Positions 49,632 to 60,767 of a stretch of DNA of 64,000 nt are shown here, piece by piece; the stretch's first letter is position 1, and each line of letters starts with the position of its first letter. The DNA is from TPA_inf: Saccharomyces. Taxonomy: Eukaryota. Location of the stretch: the NCBI GenBank assembly GCA_000146045.2, contig BK006945.2, forward strand, positions 992,001 to 1,056,000, in the 5' to 3' direction. Below the pieces are notes generated by a model. The model made no database searches and was not told the DNA's origin. It saw only the letters and a list, made by a program, of their open reading frames with translations. The translations under genes and the position numbers were made by a program.

Positions 49632-49798
49632 TTTAAAACCCAGACATCCCATAATTATTGAAGATGATTCAGTTAAAACTTCGCATACTTCATGGCTTCT
49701 TCATTAATAGAGACAACGGAGGTGGTTCAACTTGAACTTTTCCAAAGGAGTTGCCATCTCTTTGTATTGTTCGAACTCTTTCAAAAGACCTTGGTAAT

Positions 49799-50986
49799 TT
49801 ATCTATCATGTACTTTTCGAGTTAACTTAAGTGGAAGACGCTGGTTTTTCTTAAAGTTATAAGCACTATGTGGGTAATTTTTTATTGTCAGTCTGTTTCT
49901 GATCTTATCCAACAATTCATCAAAAGTTCTACTCTGGACTATAATCTCAGTGTAAGCGTTAAACAAATAGGTAAAAGGGTGCGGAAAGACCTTCAAAAAT
50001 TCGAAAAAGATTGCTAAGTTGGATTCTTTATTATTCAACTGGCATGTGACAAGCGAGTTGTAAGACTGTAATAACTTGCTTCCGGAATCAAAGGTAAACT
50101 TTATCATTTTTTTCAAATATTCTTGTTCTTGAGCGCATGTTAATATCGGCATCTCAAACACAGTATATTTTGTGTTGAGTTTCTTTTTGAGGGATGTCGA
50201 TAGGAGAGACGAAATGCTAACGTTATTTGAATAAATGAGGACCTTAAATGCAATGTTATTACTTTTTTCAAGTACCGATAAAACATTGATAAATTCGGTA
50301 AGCTTCGAAGGTTCTATTATAGTTGAAGTAGATAATTTATCTAATTGTTCGAATTTGAAGTAGACAATATGATCGATACTTTCGTCATTATTTATTTTCC
50401 TCATAACCATCATCATTAGGTCAGACGTGTGATTTGAAGGTTTTTCACTAGCTTCGAAATCTAGTTGTCCGCTATATGAAGCCTGCCCCATTGACTCGAT
50501 ACATTCTTTTGATTTGCTTGATTGAATACCCTCTTTCATTAAGTAGTCATTCATTTCTATAATTACGACATTTATATCGACTAAAGACAGTGTTTCTGAA
50601 ACTGCACGGTCGATACCAGCATATTGGTGTATATGTTCAACTTTGTCGAAGAAAACGATACAATTTTTCATACTCCTAAGATTTTTTGAAAGAAACTTAC
50701 TTAAGCTCGGAACGTAGCTTATTGACAAATAATTGGTGCCTAGCTCTTGCAAGGCCATTGATTTGAACTTCTGGTAGAAAACATGGTCCACTCGCTCCTT
50801 AACTGGACTCGGCTTACACACCTTTGGGCTGCTAACACTTTTTTTAATTGGAACAAGGTTCAACTTTCTCAGTACAGTAAAATTTTTTTGCTCCAAATCA
50901 TCGCTTATTGCTTTCACAATCTTGTCACTGTCAACAACCTTTTTCGATCTCCTTATAGGTGCAAAATCGGAATCTACATGCTCCAT
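49799..50986 (-). CDS. RIF2: Rap1-interacting factor 2, a telomere length regulator and ORC4 paralog, 395 aa.
   Basis: 395-aa ORF. Position and length match YLR453C. Confidence 0.88.
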   Translation of the reverse strand: MEHVDSDFAPIRRSKKVVDSDKIVKAISDDLEQKNFTVLRKLNLVPIKKSVSSPKVCKPSPVKERVDHVFYQKFKSMALQELGTNYLSISYVPSLSKFLSKNLRSMKNCIVFFDKVEHIHQYAGIDRAVSETLSLVDINVVIIEMNDYLMKEGIQSSKSKECIESMGQASYSGQLDFEASEKPSNHTSDLMMMVMRKINNDESIDHIVYFKFEQLDKLSTSTIIEPSKLTEFINVLSVLEKSNNIAFKVLIYSNNVSISSLLSTSLKKKLNTKYTVFEMPILTCAQEQEYLKKMIKFTFDSGSKLLQSYNSLVTCQLNNKESNLAIFFEFLKVFPHPFTYLFNAYTEIIVQSRTFDELLDKIRNRLTIKNYPHSAYNFKKNQRLPLKLTRKVHDR

Positions 50987-51997
50987 TGTCTCTATATACT
51001 AACCACGTTCGTATTTATATCTATATTCGTACATATATTGTTCTAACTTATTGAAATTGATGGTTAAGAAGATCCCTTCTGTACATATCTGTAAGCGCAA
51101 TGTTTTCTTCATTGAAAACAGCTGCAAAATTAGAAAACTAAAATAATAACTTTCAAGATAACTAAGCCGGGTTGCCCTTTGACCTAGAAGCATCCCTTAT
51201 AATAACATTATGTGTATGAAAACCATGTCAGCAAGAACGGTTACGGATATGGAGTGAAGCAAAATCTTTAAGGATTTATTTACATTGAAGAGGAGGAGGA
51301 AAAAAGAGCCATAAGGTAAAATTCAAATGCATAAATGAAACTGCCCTTCCTTTTATACTTCCTAACCTTTGCAGGAGAAAAATATATTAAGGACAAAAGA
51401 AAAATAGCCGCTATCATTTCCAACGCTCCGGGAAAAAGAGTGTCATAGAGACCCCTTATCTATTTTATCATTTTTAATATGATCTATTCTGGCATAAGTA
51501 GCTTCGGATCGATTAAGCGCTATTACAATTGAAGGAGTAACAAATTTTTGGGTGAAGTTTACCAATTTATTCAATTGATCAAATTTATGGAAGATCCTCA
51601 AGAAAAACATAAAATTAAAACCTTTATATCCAGAGTTTCAAATTTGTCAAGTTTTTGTTCCCGTTCACTCTTGTTCTGCATATTTTTCCTATTTTTTTGG
51701 CTTGTAACTCAAACATGAACTACATCACAAATATATCACGTTACACGGGAAATATACTTCCCATTGCATGGAAATTAAGACGGAAATAAGGGAGACATGA
51801 AAAAGGGTCTTGGTGGTGTTGCAGTTGGACAATTAAGCCATTCAATGCGATATAAACTATAAATCCCTTTTAAAAGGGCCTAGACATCTCAGAGACAAAG
51901 AACGGTAGCTATTACAAAGGACAGTAAAAGCAAACAGCTTTAAATTAGATCAGAACATAAGAATCCTTAGAAAAGCCCTTTACCTCGGTATATGTAG

Positions 51998-54900
51998 ATG
52001 ATGTTTCCGATTAATGTTCTACTGTACAAGTGGCTTATATTTGCAGTGACTTTCTTATGGAGCTGTAAAATTTTACTAAGGAAGCTTTTAGGAATAAATA
52101 TAACATGGATTAACCTGTTTAAACTAGAAATATGCGGTTTATCCTTAGAAGATGGTACCGTCAGGCTAAAATCCGTTCGTTTTGCTGTATTTGAAAGAAA
52201 GCTTTTCATCAAGGGTCTACGAATTGATTCCAAGAAATCATCTACTAATGATCTTCATAAAGAATTACCAAGAGAGGAAGAAAGAACTTTTATAGAGACC
52301 CCCGAAGATAATGGTGGGGGCTTCATTTCTAAGATTCTTTCATTATCACAATACTGGCTCAATGGGGTCACGATCATTTTGGAAGATACGCAATTAGTCA
52401 ACAACGATATCACGATTGAAAAATTTGGCTTTTTTCTTTCAATTGATAACTCTAAACATATCAAGTCACTAAGATTTGATTCCTTTTTGAGAAAACTTCT
52501 TTGGAATGGCCAGACCATCATTGCTGATGCCATTTTTATAGTGAATACAAACTTACTAATTGGTGAAATTATGAATCCTCTGAAGGATGGACTTCAAGTA
52601 GGATTAGATTTAAAACTAGGTGATTTAAATATTCCCATGAATTTATTGAATTTATTTATCAACAAGGAGAACGTTGATTTGATGTCCAATGAAAAACTTC
52701 TACAAAGATTGGCAGATACAACAAAGGCGAATGAAGAGCTAAAGGATGAAGATATCGCTAAGATGAAGGATGATCTCGTGTATGCAATGGAAAAATTTGT
52801 AGATCGGATAAAGCCATTGAAAGAAATGAACGTCACCGTTGATAAACTTCAAATCAAAGATTTTCCACTCACCAATCATCCAGAACTGCTTGGAATGAAC
52901 AAATATATCAGTTATAATGTTTTGGTTTCTAATATAAACTTCAATACCAACAGGTTCAGAAATGAGATGCCAGGTTATACGTTAATTTTTGAGGAGCGTG
53001 ATTCTCCCTTCAAGTTTAGTATTATAATGGCAAGATTTAATATATATTTGAATCTAAATCGAAAACATCAAAGCCACGCCAAACAGTTGAAAATTATTGA
53101 AATTCCAAATGTTTCGATATTTGGCGAAACCAATTTGTTCTCTCAAAAATTTCGTCTTTCTAATAACCTACACGCAAAGGAACTAGAGAACGCTATTTTT
53201 AACATCAAAGGTAATATATCCTCCTTAACTATTGACATGGATCCAGTAAATATTTCCTTTATCAAATGCTTCCTATCAAACATTAAAGTCTTTACGTCCT
53301 CTTGTCCGAAAAACAAGATTTTAAAGGAGAATTCTCATGTAAAGTTCTTAACAAGGCGGAGAGTCCTATTTGACTATTTTAAGTGTTTTTTGCCTCTAAT
53401 CAATATGAAATTCACCCTGGATGATCCCAAATTTGTTATCAATGATAAAGACGATCTGATCATAGGCAAGTTTTCTGTCTTCATGATAAGCCATCACTCT
53501 AAAAGATATACATTGGGTAACAATCTTATGGAAGAAAAAGAAGAGACGCAACACATTTTTTATGAAAGCCATTGGAATGTTGAATTACTAGATATGAAAT
53601 TACAGCATATTATAAAACATCAAAAATACGAGCATACAATATTAAGGGTGGACAGCATTGCCATAGAAGAAAAAGTTCAACTTTTACCGGATATATTATG
53701 TTCTGCAAACGCTGATATCGACACGCTAATGCTAGATTTATCTGAACTTCCAACAATGGTTATGTTGAGTGAATTAGTACACAACTTAGATAGTCAGTTG
53801 GCAAATGTCGAAGAGAATTATTTCAAAGAGTTCTATGAAAAGTTCGCATCTAATTTACAAAATATGAAAGCTGAATGTTCTAATATGGCTAAATGTTTGA
53901 GACAGAAGGAAATTTTACCAAGCGACTTCATGTTCCAGCAACTACCTGATTTTTTCGATTATATTAAAATCAATATTAGAGACATATCATCCACCCTAGG
54001 TGCTAGGTCGGTTTTTATGCCAAGAGATGTTTTCTCTTCCGTTGACTCTCAAAGTTCAAAGGACCTAATTGATGGCAAACTAAGAAAATACTGCAATACA
54101 GTCGAAAAATTGCAAATTGCTTTATTTGGTGACAAGACACAATGGCATAACAAAATTGGCTCAAATCACGCTACTATGGTTAGGTCTGGTCAGCTCACAA
54201 ATTTTAGTAAAGATAATAAACAGAATCCTAACCATAAGTCCAGTATTGCCGATTTAGACGATATATCGACTAGTGATGCGACAGAGGTAAATCATCTTTG
54301 GAACATCAACTTACTAGTAAATGATATAACTACGTCAATAATCGGAGAGACACCCGAAGTGAGCGAAGAATTGTCCACTAAAACTGTTTCCAAAGTTTCT
54401 AATTTATCAATTAAGCTATTTCCAGACACTGAGTCATTTAGTAGCAATGAAAGCGATTCGAAGATAATTTTGCAAATAAATCACTCCAGAGGAACATCGG
54501 TAGTATCACTGATGAGTATCTTTTTGGCCGTCTCAGGAATACACACACTGAACCAAATATTTGGACATTGTATACACCAAAAGATGCGACAGTCTAAAAC
54601 TAAACAATACTTTCTTGCCCTCTCAGAATCCAAAAAAAAATCATGTATCAAAAGTATAAAATGGGGCCAACTAAAGGAGTTACTCGAAATAAATTTCTCT
54701 TCTGAATATATCAGCCAAATAATCGCACTCCCAAATGGCCTTAGAACAAAATTTGAACCAACTTCGACATTTATCACAGTCAAAAACTGTAATACAATTT
54801 CAGTTTCAGGTCAGTACTTCAGAATGATGGTAGAATCTCCAACGCAGCCAAACTTTTGGGAGAGAATGATCTGTATCAATGGATTTAAAGTAATGATACA

Positions 54901-57900
54901 CATTGATTTATTAAAACAGCAAATGAAAAAGTTAAACTCTTTACAGAATTGGGAAAAATTACCATCCGCCATAACCTTAGAAAATGATTCATGGCACTTT
55001 TCCATACCGCATCATTTCGAGATGTTTAAAATAATAGATTCTATTCCAACTATATTTAAGAGTATTAAACAAATGTTATATTCGTTGAAAACATCAAAAG
55101 ACGATTTGATAATTTTCCCCCACAAAATAGAGACTCCTTTATCACTGCCAAAGATTAAACTGAAATCTAAAAGGTGGTTATTTAGCATTTCTGATGATCC
55201 ACTAGAGGCAGAATTGAATACTATCTTTCAGATCGGTTTACAAGAACAACGGGAGAGACTTGCGAAATTACAGGAATTCAATAAACGCATCTCTGAAGAT
55301 TTGATTAAAAGTCAAAAGAACGCTAAAGAAATGAAGGACGACTTCGAGGCAATTGATAACGCAATACTAAAGCACCGTACAGGATTGTGGGCAAAGGATG
55401 GGAAAAAAAGATTGCGTAAATCCGCAACAGATTCTGAAATACCTCTTACCCCAGCAGCTTTGAACATTAATGGAAAGCGTGATGACAGGCCTGATAGAAC
55501 GCAGTTTATTTCTCCCGAGATTGAAAATGCGTACAATACTTTATTAGCGAACTTCTCCGATTCATGGATTAAAAGGGTGAAAGAATATAAAGTTAAAGAA
55601 CGTCGTGAGTTCGATAAGAACTTTTCTTTCTTATGGGGTTTCATTGATTATACTAAGCTCCCCAAAGATATTAACAAAAAAGTTTTACCTTTCTCAACAA
55701 ATCCTTTTTTAATGAATTTGATAATTGAGAATATCGATATTGATATAATAAGGCCTTCATGTGGCATTGAAAATATTCCAAACTTCATTCACGATGTTGG
55801 AAAAGGCGTTCCGAAGAATACAGAATATTCGATTATGATTCCGATGCATTTAGATGCGAAATTTAGTGAAGTAAGATGGCATTTGAGAGATTATCCCCTG
55901 CCTTTTGTTAGTATACCTCCACTAAGCTCTACACAAAGTAAAGAAACAATACCTATGAGAATTTATGGGGATTTTATGATAACAGAGGATATGCTTCAAT
56001 CCGACAGAGAGCTTAGAACTTTATTTGTTCCTTTAATACCATCGGTAACTGTTGAAAATACAGATAGATATTACTCGTTGTTCGTGCCCAGAACAATGAC
56101 TAGCGCTAAGATATTCACCGATCTAAATTTTGAAATAAACTCTAACCATACAACACGAGTAACTTGGGGTGGTTCTTATCAACCAGCCATTCAACAAACA
56201 ATGCAATGTTTGGATAACTTTTCAAAGCCTCCATTAGATCCTTCTGTTAAACTAGGGTTTTGGGATAAAACAAGATATCTTTTCCATGGAAAGATCAATA
56301 TAGTTTGGAAAAAGAGGGGAAAATTCGAAATTTCCCTTAAAGGCGCAAAAAGTCCCTATATGCTTGGCGGCGAATCAGCTGGTTTCATAGTTGGTTTTGA
56401 TGGTAATGTTAACTTAAAATGTAACGAAGATAATGATCCCAAAAAATTTTTATCCTGCAGCGCAGACAAGGTCCATTTCAGCATTCCCAATTATTTTGCA
56501 AAGCCGTTACTGGTATGGTCTAGACCTAGTACCAATACAATGTTCATTCCAAACCAGGACGATACGAACATGCAGAGATATGCTTCATTTTACTATTTAT
56601 TGAACACTACATCAAGTAAAAACGAAAAAGCAGACAAGGAAATTATGGGAAAATCGTTCATTGAAAAGACAGGAATTAAACTATCTGGGGGTATGACACT
56701 GGATATGGGTATTCTCTTCGAAAGGTTGGGGCCTAGTTTGAATGAGAGAACTTTTGAGTCCAAAAAGCATTATTTGACTCGTCTATGTAACCCAATTTAC
56801 GTTCAAGATCTCTCAAAACATGATTCATATGCTGGCTTTAGAAGTGACTTTATACATATGTCTTTCGGGCTATCATCTAACTCAAACTCCGCATATAACG
56901 CTATGCAACTAAGTCCCAACGGGTTCAAGGCATTCTTTGTTTGGTGGAAATCATTTTCAGGAAACTTTCCCGTAAGGAGAGGGCCATTATTTGGTCTCCA
57001 AAGTATCAGTCCTAAATTTGGTGAACATTTATATACCATTTCTTACCACGCAGATGTCTCACCATTATTCATTAATTACATGTACCACAACGCTGATGCC
57101 GATCAAATTTTGCGTAAAAACTACTTAGAAGTTGCCGAATTTGCTGGTTTAAAGGCTAAATCTTCTCATTTTATTATGGATCTTCATCAAAGGAAGGAAG
57201 TATTGACTGAATATCAAGCCGGCTTGAACGTCAGAAGGAGAGTTATGAAATTAAAATTTCTGGCTGGTGATGTTGTATGCCAGGACGTGGACATCCGGAC
57301 TGTAAGTGGTGAGTTCAGTAAATTAAACTACATTGAAGAGAAAGAGGATGCTGAATATGATATTTTTGATAATGATATGTCGTGGCTTGATATAACAGAT
57401 TTTCAAGATGCATTTTTCATTAACCCTGATAATTATCTTCCAAAAATTAAGATTATGCCATTTGCCTTTTCTCCTCAGTTCGCTTATCAAAAAAGAGCTA
57501 GTTATGGTGACAAATACCAAGTTGATCCGAAAACATGCAAGCCAATAACGCCGTTTGATAATCGTGTCTCCCATGGCTGTACACTAGGGCACAATGTTTC
57601 TTTACGTACTGACCTAGTTGAGAAACGTGTTACAGTTTTGAAGAAGTTTCGAGAGAAATTGCAGGAGGGTATTAGAAAAAACAAATCAGCCGGTGTATCA
57701 GAGGAGAATTTGAATGATTTACTCTCAAAAGCAAATTCTAGTGTGGAAAATGCAGAATTACTACTGAAAGACTTCCAGAAGATATTTAAACAACATGAAG
57801 CCGGACAAACAGAACAGCCTTTCCATTTCGACTCTTTAAATCTATTGAAAAACACCAAAAAGACCCTGAAACAATTTGAACATAGATTTTTTATTTTTAA

Positions 57901-59884
57901 CGTACTGTTGAAATGGAACGAGGACGCAAGAAGTGCTATTTTCAAATTTTTTTACTATGCTAACCTATCCAATGAATTTGCTTCTTTAGCAAGTGGCAAG
58001 GGCCTAAGGGAATTTGAAGATGTAATAAAGCAAAGAGAAATGACTGATGATACAACGAGTATGGAAGCGATACCAGAAGGAACAGACAAAGCAAACACCA
58101 CTAAACAATGTCATAGCTGCGATGATACAGAGTTCACCACTGAGAACCTTTTGAATATATTTGAAAAAAATATTACACAACTGTCTTGTGACATCAAAAA
58201 TAAGATACACCATAAGTTTTTTGTCCAATTTATAACTCCACAAATTCAGTTGACATCCCTGGAAAATCCAGAAGCTTGTGTTTTGGTTTCTTCACCCTTT
58301 TTTATGCTAAAGACATTGGAATTTGATGCAAACACTACCAGTAACACGTATATGCAAGATATTTTTTTGAAAAGACATGGCATTCTATTCGGAAACGCCA
58401 ATGCCTTTTTATTTAATAAAAAGGATTACCAAGAGTTTTTTGAACTATACTTCGGCTCCAGCTCATATGGCCAAGATAAAAAAGAACAGTGGCCACCATG
58501 GCTAGGCTTGGAGTTAGGATTCGAACCTTCTGCATTAAAAAAGAAAGCAGTGGTTAGGAATATTTCTGCTCTGCTTCATCATCAGAAATTAGCACCGTTT
58601 TCTGCTAAATATGACTCCTTAAAAGATAAAATAGAAGATAATATTTGCGGATACGTTCCTCAAGTTAACGTACAAGTGAATTCTGACGAGTACCTAATGC
58701 TGACGAAGATGGCCTTGAAATTATTCCTTTATGTAGAACCCGAAGATGAAGAATTGAAGAAATATATTGAAAAACTAATTATTGGTTACGATATCTATGA
58801 TACAGCCCAAACTAGAAAATTCGTAAATGATTTACACGATAGTGAACAAATTCTAGCTGTTGTTGAAAAGGAGCTTTTATTCAAAAGAAGCCTATTGGAC
58901 GACATTGGAAAACTCGATCTATCCAATATTCACAACGAACGCATGCATCAGTTGTTGAGGTTGTATATCTTAAGGAAGGTTTTCACTTCAAATGGAAACA
59001 ATTACATTAATAGGACTTTAGTATGGAATATCAAGGTTAATGAAACTATCTTGCATTTATTAGACAAAATTGACAAACCATTTTTAGATATTGCCGTTGC
59101 AAAGCTAAACTTTCAAAGAATCCAACACACGATGGGATTAAGGAAGAACACTGTAACCGTAAAAATGATGCAAATATTTGACTTAGGCGAAAATGTTAAT
59201 TATCATTGTATTTTAGGGCCTTTGATAACATCAAGTGGTAATGACACAGTCGGTTTGGCGAGTGATGTTCCGTTAGTTCAAATAACTTGGGATGTTGATA
59301 AGCCTGTAGGTGGTATTAAGGTTGTTAAAAACGTTGAGACCACTTTGTCGAGTTTGACGATAAAATTAGAAGAGGACAGACTAAATAAACTTTTTGAGTG
59401 GTTATCGTTAAAGGAGTTAATTTACGATGGAAACGGAGATGACGATGATGGAGCTTCCAGTATTTTTGATATGGTGTCATCAGAATCAGAGGAAGGAAAA
59501 ATTGAGTTTTCAGAAGATATTAGTTCTGATTTCAATGAAATGTTAAAGAGATCAAGTGATTATATGATCGTTGAAGATCTTAAATTGAACAGCTTCAAAC
59601 TTTGTATCAGTTATAAGGGCAAAGGAAAGATGAGATTGGCTAACGTTACTAACTTTGTTTTCAATTTCCCGACTTTAAGATTGTCCAACCAAACTTTGAG
59701 GGTCACAGATCTATTACTTGCCCTTAAAAAAGTGTTAATCAAGGTTTTAATAAAACATACTGGGAGATTTATTGGTAATAAATTGAAAAGAAATTCTAAG
59801 GAGAATAAAATTGCTGACGACACTTCACCACTGAAGCAACTCACAACTTATAATTCCTACACGGAGCCTGAAGAACTTCGTTAA
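51998..59884 (+). CDS. FMP27: Fmp27/Hob2, a giant bridge-like lipid-transfer (Hobbit-family) protein with an N-terminal membrane anchor, 2628 aa.
   Basis: 2628-aa uninterrupted ORF. The N-terminal hydrophobic segment (FPINVLLYKWLIFAVTFLW) is consistent with a TM anchor. Length matches YLR454W. Confidence 0.93.
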   Translation: MMFPINVLLYKWLIFAVTFLWSCKILLRKLLGINITWINLFKLEICGLSLEDGTVRLKSVRFAVFERKLFIKGLRIDSKKSSTNDLHKELPREEERTFIETPEDNGGGFISKILSLSQYWLNGVTIILEDTQLVNNDITIEKFGFFLSIDNSKHIKSLRFDSFLRKLLWNGQTIIADAIFIVNTNLLIGEIMNPLKDGLQVGLDLKLGDLNIPMNLLNLFINKENVDLMSNEKLLQRLADTTKANEELKDEDIAKMKDDLVYAMEKFVDRIKPLKEMNVTVDKLQIKDFPLTNHPELLGMNKYISYNVLVSNINFNTNRFRNEMPGYTLIFEERDSPFKFSIIMARFNIYLNLNRKHQSHAKQLKIIEIPNVSIFGETNLFSQKFRLSNNLHAKELENAIFNIKGNISSLTIDMDPVNISFIKCFLSNIKVFTSSCPKNKILKENSHVKFLTRRRVLFDYFKCFLPLINMKFTLDDPKFVINDKDDLIIGKFSVFMISHHSKRYTLGNNLMEEKEETQHIFYESHWNVELLDMKLQHIIKHQKYEHTILRVDSIAIEEKVQLLPDILCSANADIDTLMLDLSELPTMVMLSELVHNLDSQLANVEENYFKEFYEKFASNLQNMKAECSNMAKCLRQKEILPSDFMFQQLPDFFDYIKINIRDISSTLGARSVFMPRDVFSSVDSQSSKDLIDGKLRKYCNTVEKLQIALFGDKTQWHNKIGSNHATMVRSGQLTNFSKDNKQNPNHKSSIADLDDISTSDATEVNHLWNINLLVNDITTSIIGETPEVSEELSTKTVSKVSNLSIKLFPDTESFSSNESDSKIILQINHSRGTSVVSLMSIFLAVSGIHTLNQIFGHCIHQKMRQSKTKQYFLALSESKKKSCIKSIKWGQLKELLEINFSSEYISQIIALPNGLRTKFEPTSTFITVKNCNTISVSGQYFRMMVESPTQPNFWERMICINGFKVMIHIDLLKQQMKKLNSLQNWEKLPSAITLENDSWHFSIPHHFEMFKIIDSIPTIFKSIKQMLYSLKTSKDDLIIFPHKIETPLSLPKIKLKSKRWLFSISDDPLEAELNTIFQIGLQEQRERLAKLQEFNKRISEDLIKSQKNAKEMKDDFEAIDNAILKHRTGLWAKDGKKRLRKSATDSEIPLTPAALNINGKRDDRPDRTQFISPEIENAYNTLLANFSDSWIKRVKEYKVKERREFDKNFSFLWGFIDYTKLPKDINKKVLPFSTNPFLMNLIIENIDIDIIRPSCGIENIPNFIHDVGKGVPKNTEYSIMIPMHLDAKFSEVRWHLRDYPLPFVSIPPLSSTQSKETIPMRIYGDFMITEDMLQSDRELRTLFVPLIPSVTVENTDRYYSLFVPRTMTSAKIFTDLNFEINSNHTTRVTWGGSYQPAIQQTMQCLDNFSKPPLDPSVKLGFWDKTRYLFHGKINIVWKKRGKFEISLKGAKSPYMLGGESAGFIVGFDGNVNLKCNEDNDPKKFLSCSADKVHFSIPNYFAKPLLVWSRPSTNTMFIPNQDDTNMQRYASFYYLLNTTSSKNEKADKEIMGKSFIEKTGIKLSGGMTLDMGILFERLGPSLNERTFESKKHYLTRLCNPIYVQDLSKHDSYAGFRSDFIHMSFGLSSNSNSAYNAMQLSPNGFKAFFVWWKSFSGNFPVRRGPLFGLQSISPKFGEHLYTISYHADVSPLFINYMYHNADADQILRKNYLEVAEFAGLKAKSSHFIMDLHQRKEVLTEYQAGLNVRRRVMKLKFLAGDVVCQDVDIRTVSGEFSKLNYIEEKEDAEYDIFDNDMSWLDITDFQDAFFINPDNYLPKIKIMPFAFSPQFAYQKRASYGDKYQVDPKTCKPITPFDNRVSHGCTLGHNVSLRTDLVEKRVTVLKKFREKLQEGIRKNKSAGVSEENLNDLLSKANSSVENAELLLKDFQKIFKQHEAGQTEQPFHFDSLNLLKNTKKTLKQFEHRFFIFNVLLKWNEDARSAIFKFFYYANLSNEFASLASGKGLREFEDVIKQREMTDDTTSMEAIPEGTDKANTTKQCHSCDDTEFTTENLLNIFEKNITQLSCDIKNKIHHKFFVQFITPQIQLTSLENPEACVLVSSPFFMLKTLEFDANTTSNTYMQDIFLKRHGILFGNANAFLFNKKDYQEFFELYFGSSSYGQDKKEQWPPWLGLELGFEPSALKKKAVVRNISALLHHQKLAPFSAKYDSLKDKIEDNICGYVPQVNVQVNSDEYLMLTKMALKLFLYVEPEDEELKKYIEKLIIGYDIYDTAQTRKFVNDLHDSEQILAVVEKELLFKRSLLDDIGKLDLSNIHNERMHQLLRLYILRKVFTSNGNNYINRTLVWNIKVNETILHLLDKIDKPFLDIAVAKLNFQRIQHTMGLRKNTVTVKMMQIFDLGENVNYHCILGPLITSSGNDTVGLASDVPLVQITWDVDKPVGGIKVVKNVETTLSSLTIKLEEDRLNKLFEWLSLKELIYDGNGDDDDGASSIFDMVSSESEEGKIEFSEDISSDFNEMLKRSSDYMIVEDLKLNSFKLCISYKGKGKMRLANVTNFVFNFPTLRLSNQTLRVTDLLLALKKVLIKVLIKHTGRFIGNKLKRNSKENKIADDTSPLKQLTTYNSYTEPEELR

Positions 59885-60070
59885 AAACATTCAAAAAAAA
59901 TTTATAGTTTTTCATATCTCTTAATGTAGCATCATACATATCAATATGTTACCATGTTTCAGACCTTTATTGCTGTACTACATTGAAATACCTAGGATTC
60001 GAAGAACAAAAAACATCATATAGGTCTTCCATTAGTAATGCCCATTATTTACTTAAAGTAAAAAAAATAA

Positions 60071-60144
60071 TGGTCTCTAGCGGGATCGAACCGCTGATCC
60101 CCGCGTTATTAGCACGGTGCCTTAACCAACTGGGCCAAGAGACC
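60071..60144 (-). tRNA. tI(AAU): tRNA-Ile, anticodon AAU. A Pol III T8 terminator lies immediately 3' (plus-strand A-run 60060-60067).
   Basis: Minus strand reads GGTCTCTTGGCCCAGTTGGTTAAGGCACCGTGCTAATAACGCGGGGATCAGCGGTTCGATCCCGCTAGAGACCA. It forms a cloverleaf with anticodon loop CTAATAA and T-loop GGTTCGATCC. Internal A-box and B-box are present. No intron. Confidence 0.95.
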
Positions 60145-60302
60145 ATGAAAAGGACGTCAAAACAAGGTCACACGAAAACCATAACCTGTAGTATAAATAT
60201 AAGACATCTCAAGCACTTGTTATTAATTAGGGAAATAGCTAACAGCATTTGAACGATAACTAAGGCAAACAATCCTCAGTAGTAATCGTTGGAAAAAAGA
60301 TC

Positions 60303-60632
60303 TGAGAACTAGGTGAATTTTGTGATAATTGTTAAAATTCCATAGTTGATAAAGGCAATAACATTATGTATGCAGGATATGCTGAAGTTCTTCTCGAGGA
60401 CATATGAATCCTCAAAGTGGAATCGGTAGTCCTGCACTATAATATTACAATTATTTTTCCTTTCGTTTTATATGCTTACTTATCCTATTACATTATCAAT
60501 CTTTGCATTTCAGCTTCCATTAAGTCAGATGACTGTTTCTCAATCTTTATGTCGTCTTTTTATACCGCATATGATAATACACTTGTAACATGAACACTGG
60601 TCAATAGATGATGATAGGGTTTCGTTCCAACA
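60303..60632 (-). mobile_element. Solo Ty1/Ty2 delta LTR (about 330 bp, diverged). TG…CA termini. It lies in the 5' flank of the tRNA-Ile gene.
   Basis: Minus strand begins TGTTGGAACGAAACCCTATCATCATCTATTGACCAGTG… and ends …ATTCACCTAGTTCTCA. It aligns along its length with the delta consensus (TGTTGGAATAGAAATCAACTATCATCTACTAACTAGTA…TTCTCA) at roughly 75-80% identity by eye. Confidence 0.8.
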
Positions 60633-60639
60633 CCATCAC

Positions 60640-60767
60640 GTTATCAATTCTTTCGTGTCAACTCCTCATTTACGTTATACTCTTTACATTGTGTATGGCA
60701 GTATACTAGTAGTGAGAATACTAGTCAATAGGTTATAATTGATTTTTATTTTAACAAGTAACATCTT
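60640..60767 (-). mobile_element. Truncated second delta LTR fragment (5' ~130 bp of a delta), directly abutting the first.
   Basis: Minus strand TTGTTAAAATAAAAATCAATTATAACCTATTGACTAGTATTCTCACTACTAGTATACTGCCATACAC… resembles delta positions 1-130 (TGTTGGAATAGAAATCAACTATCATCTACTAACTAGTATTTACATTACTAGTATATTATCATATAC…). Confidence 0.6.
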
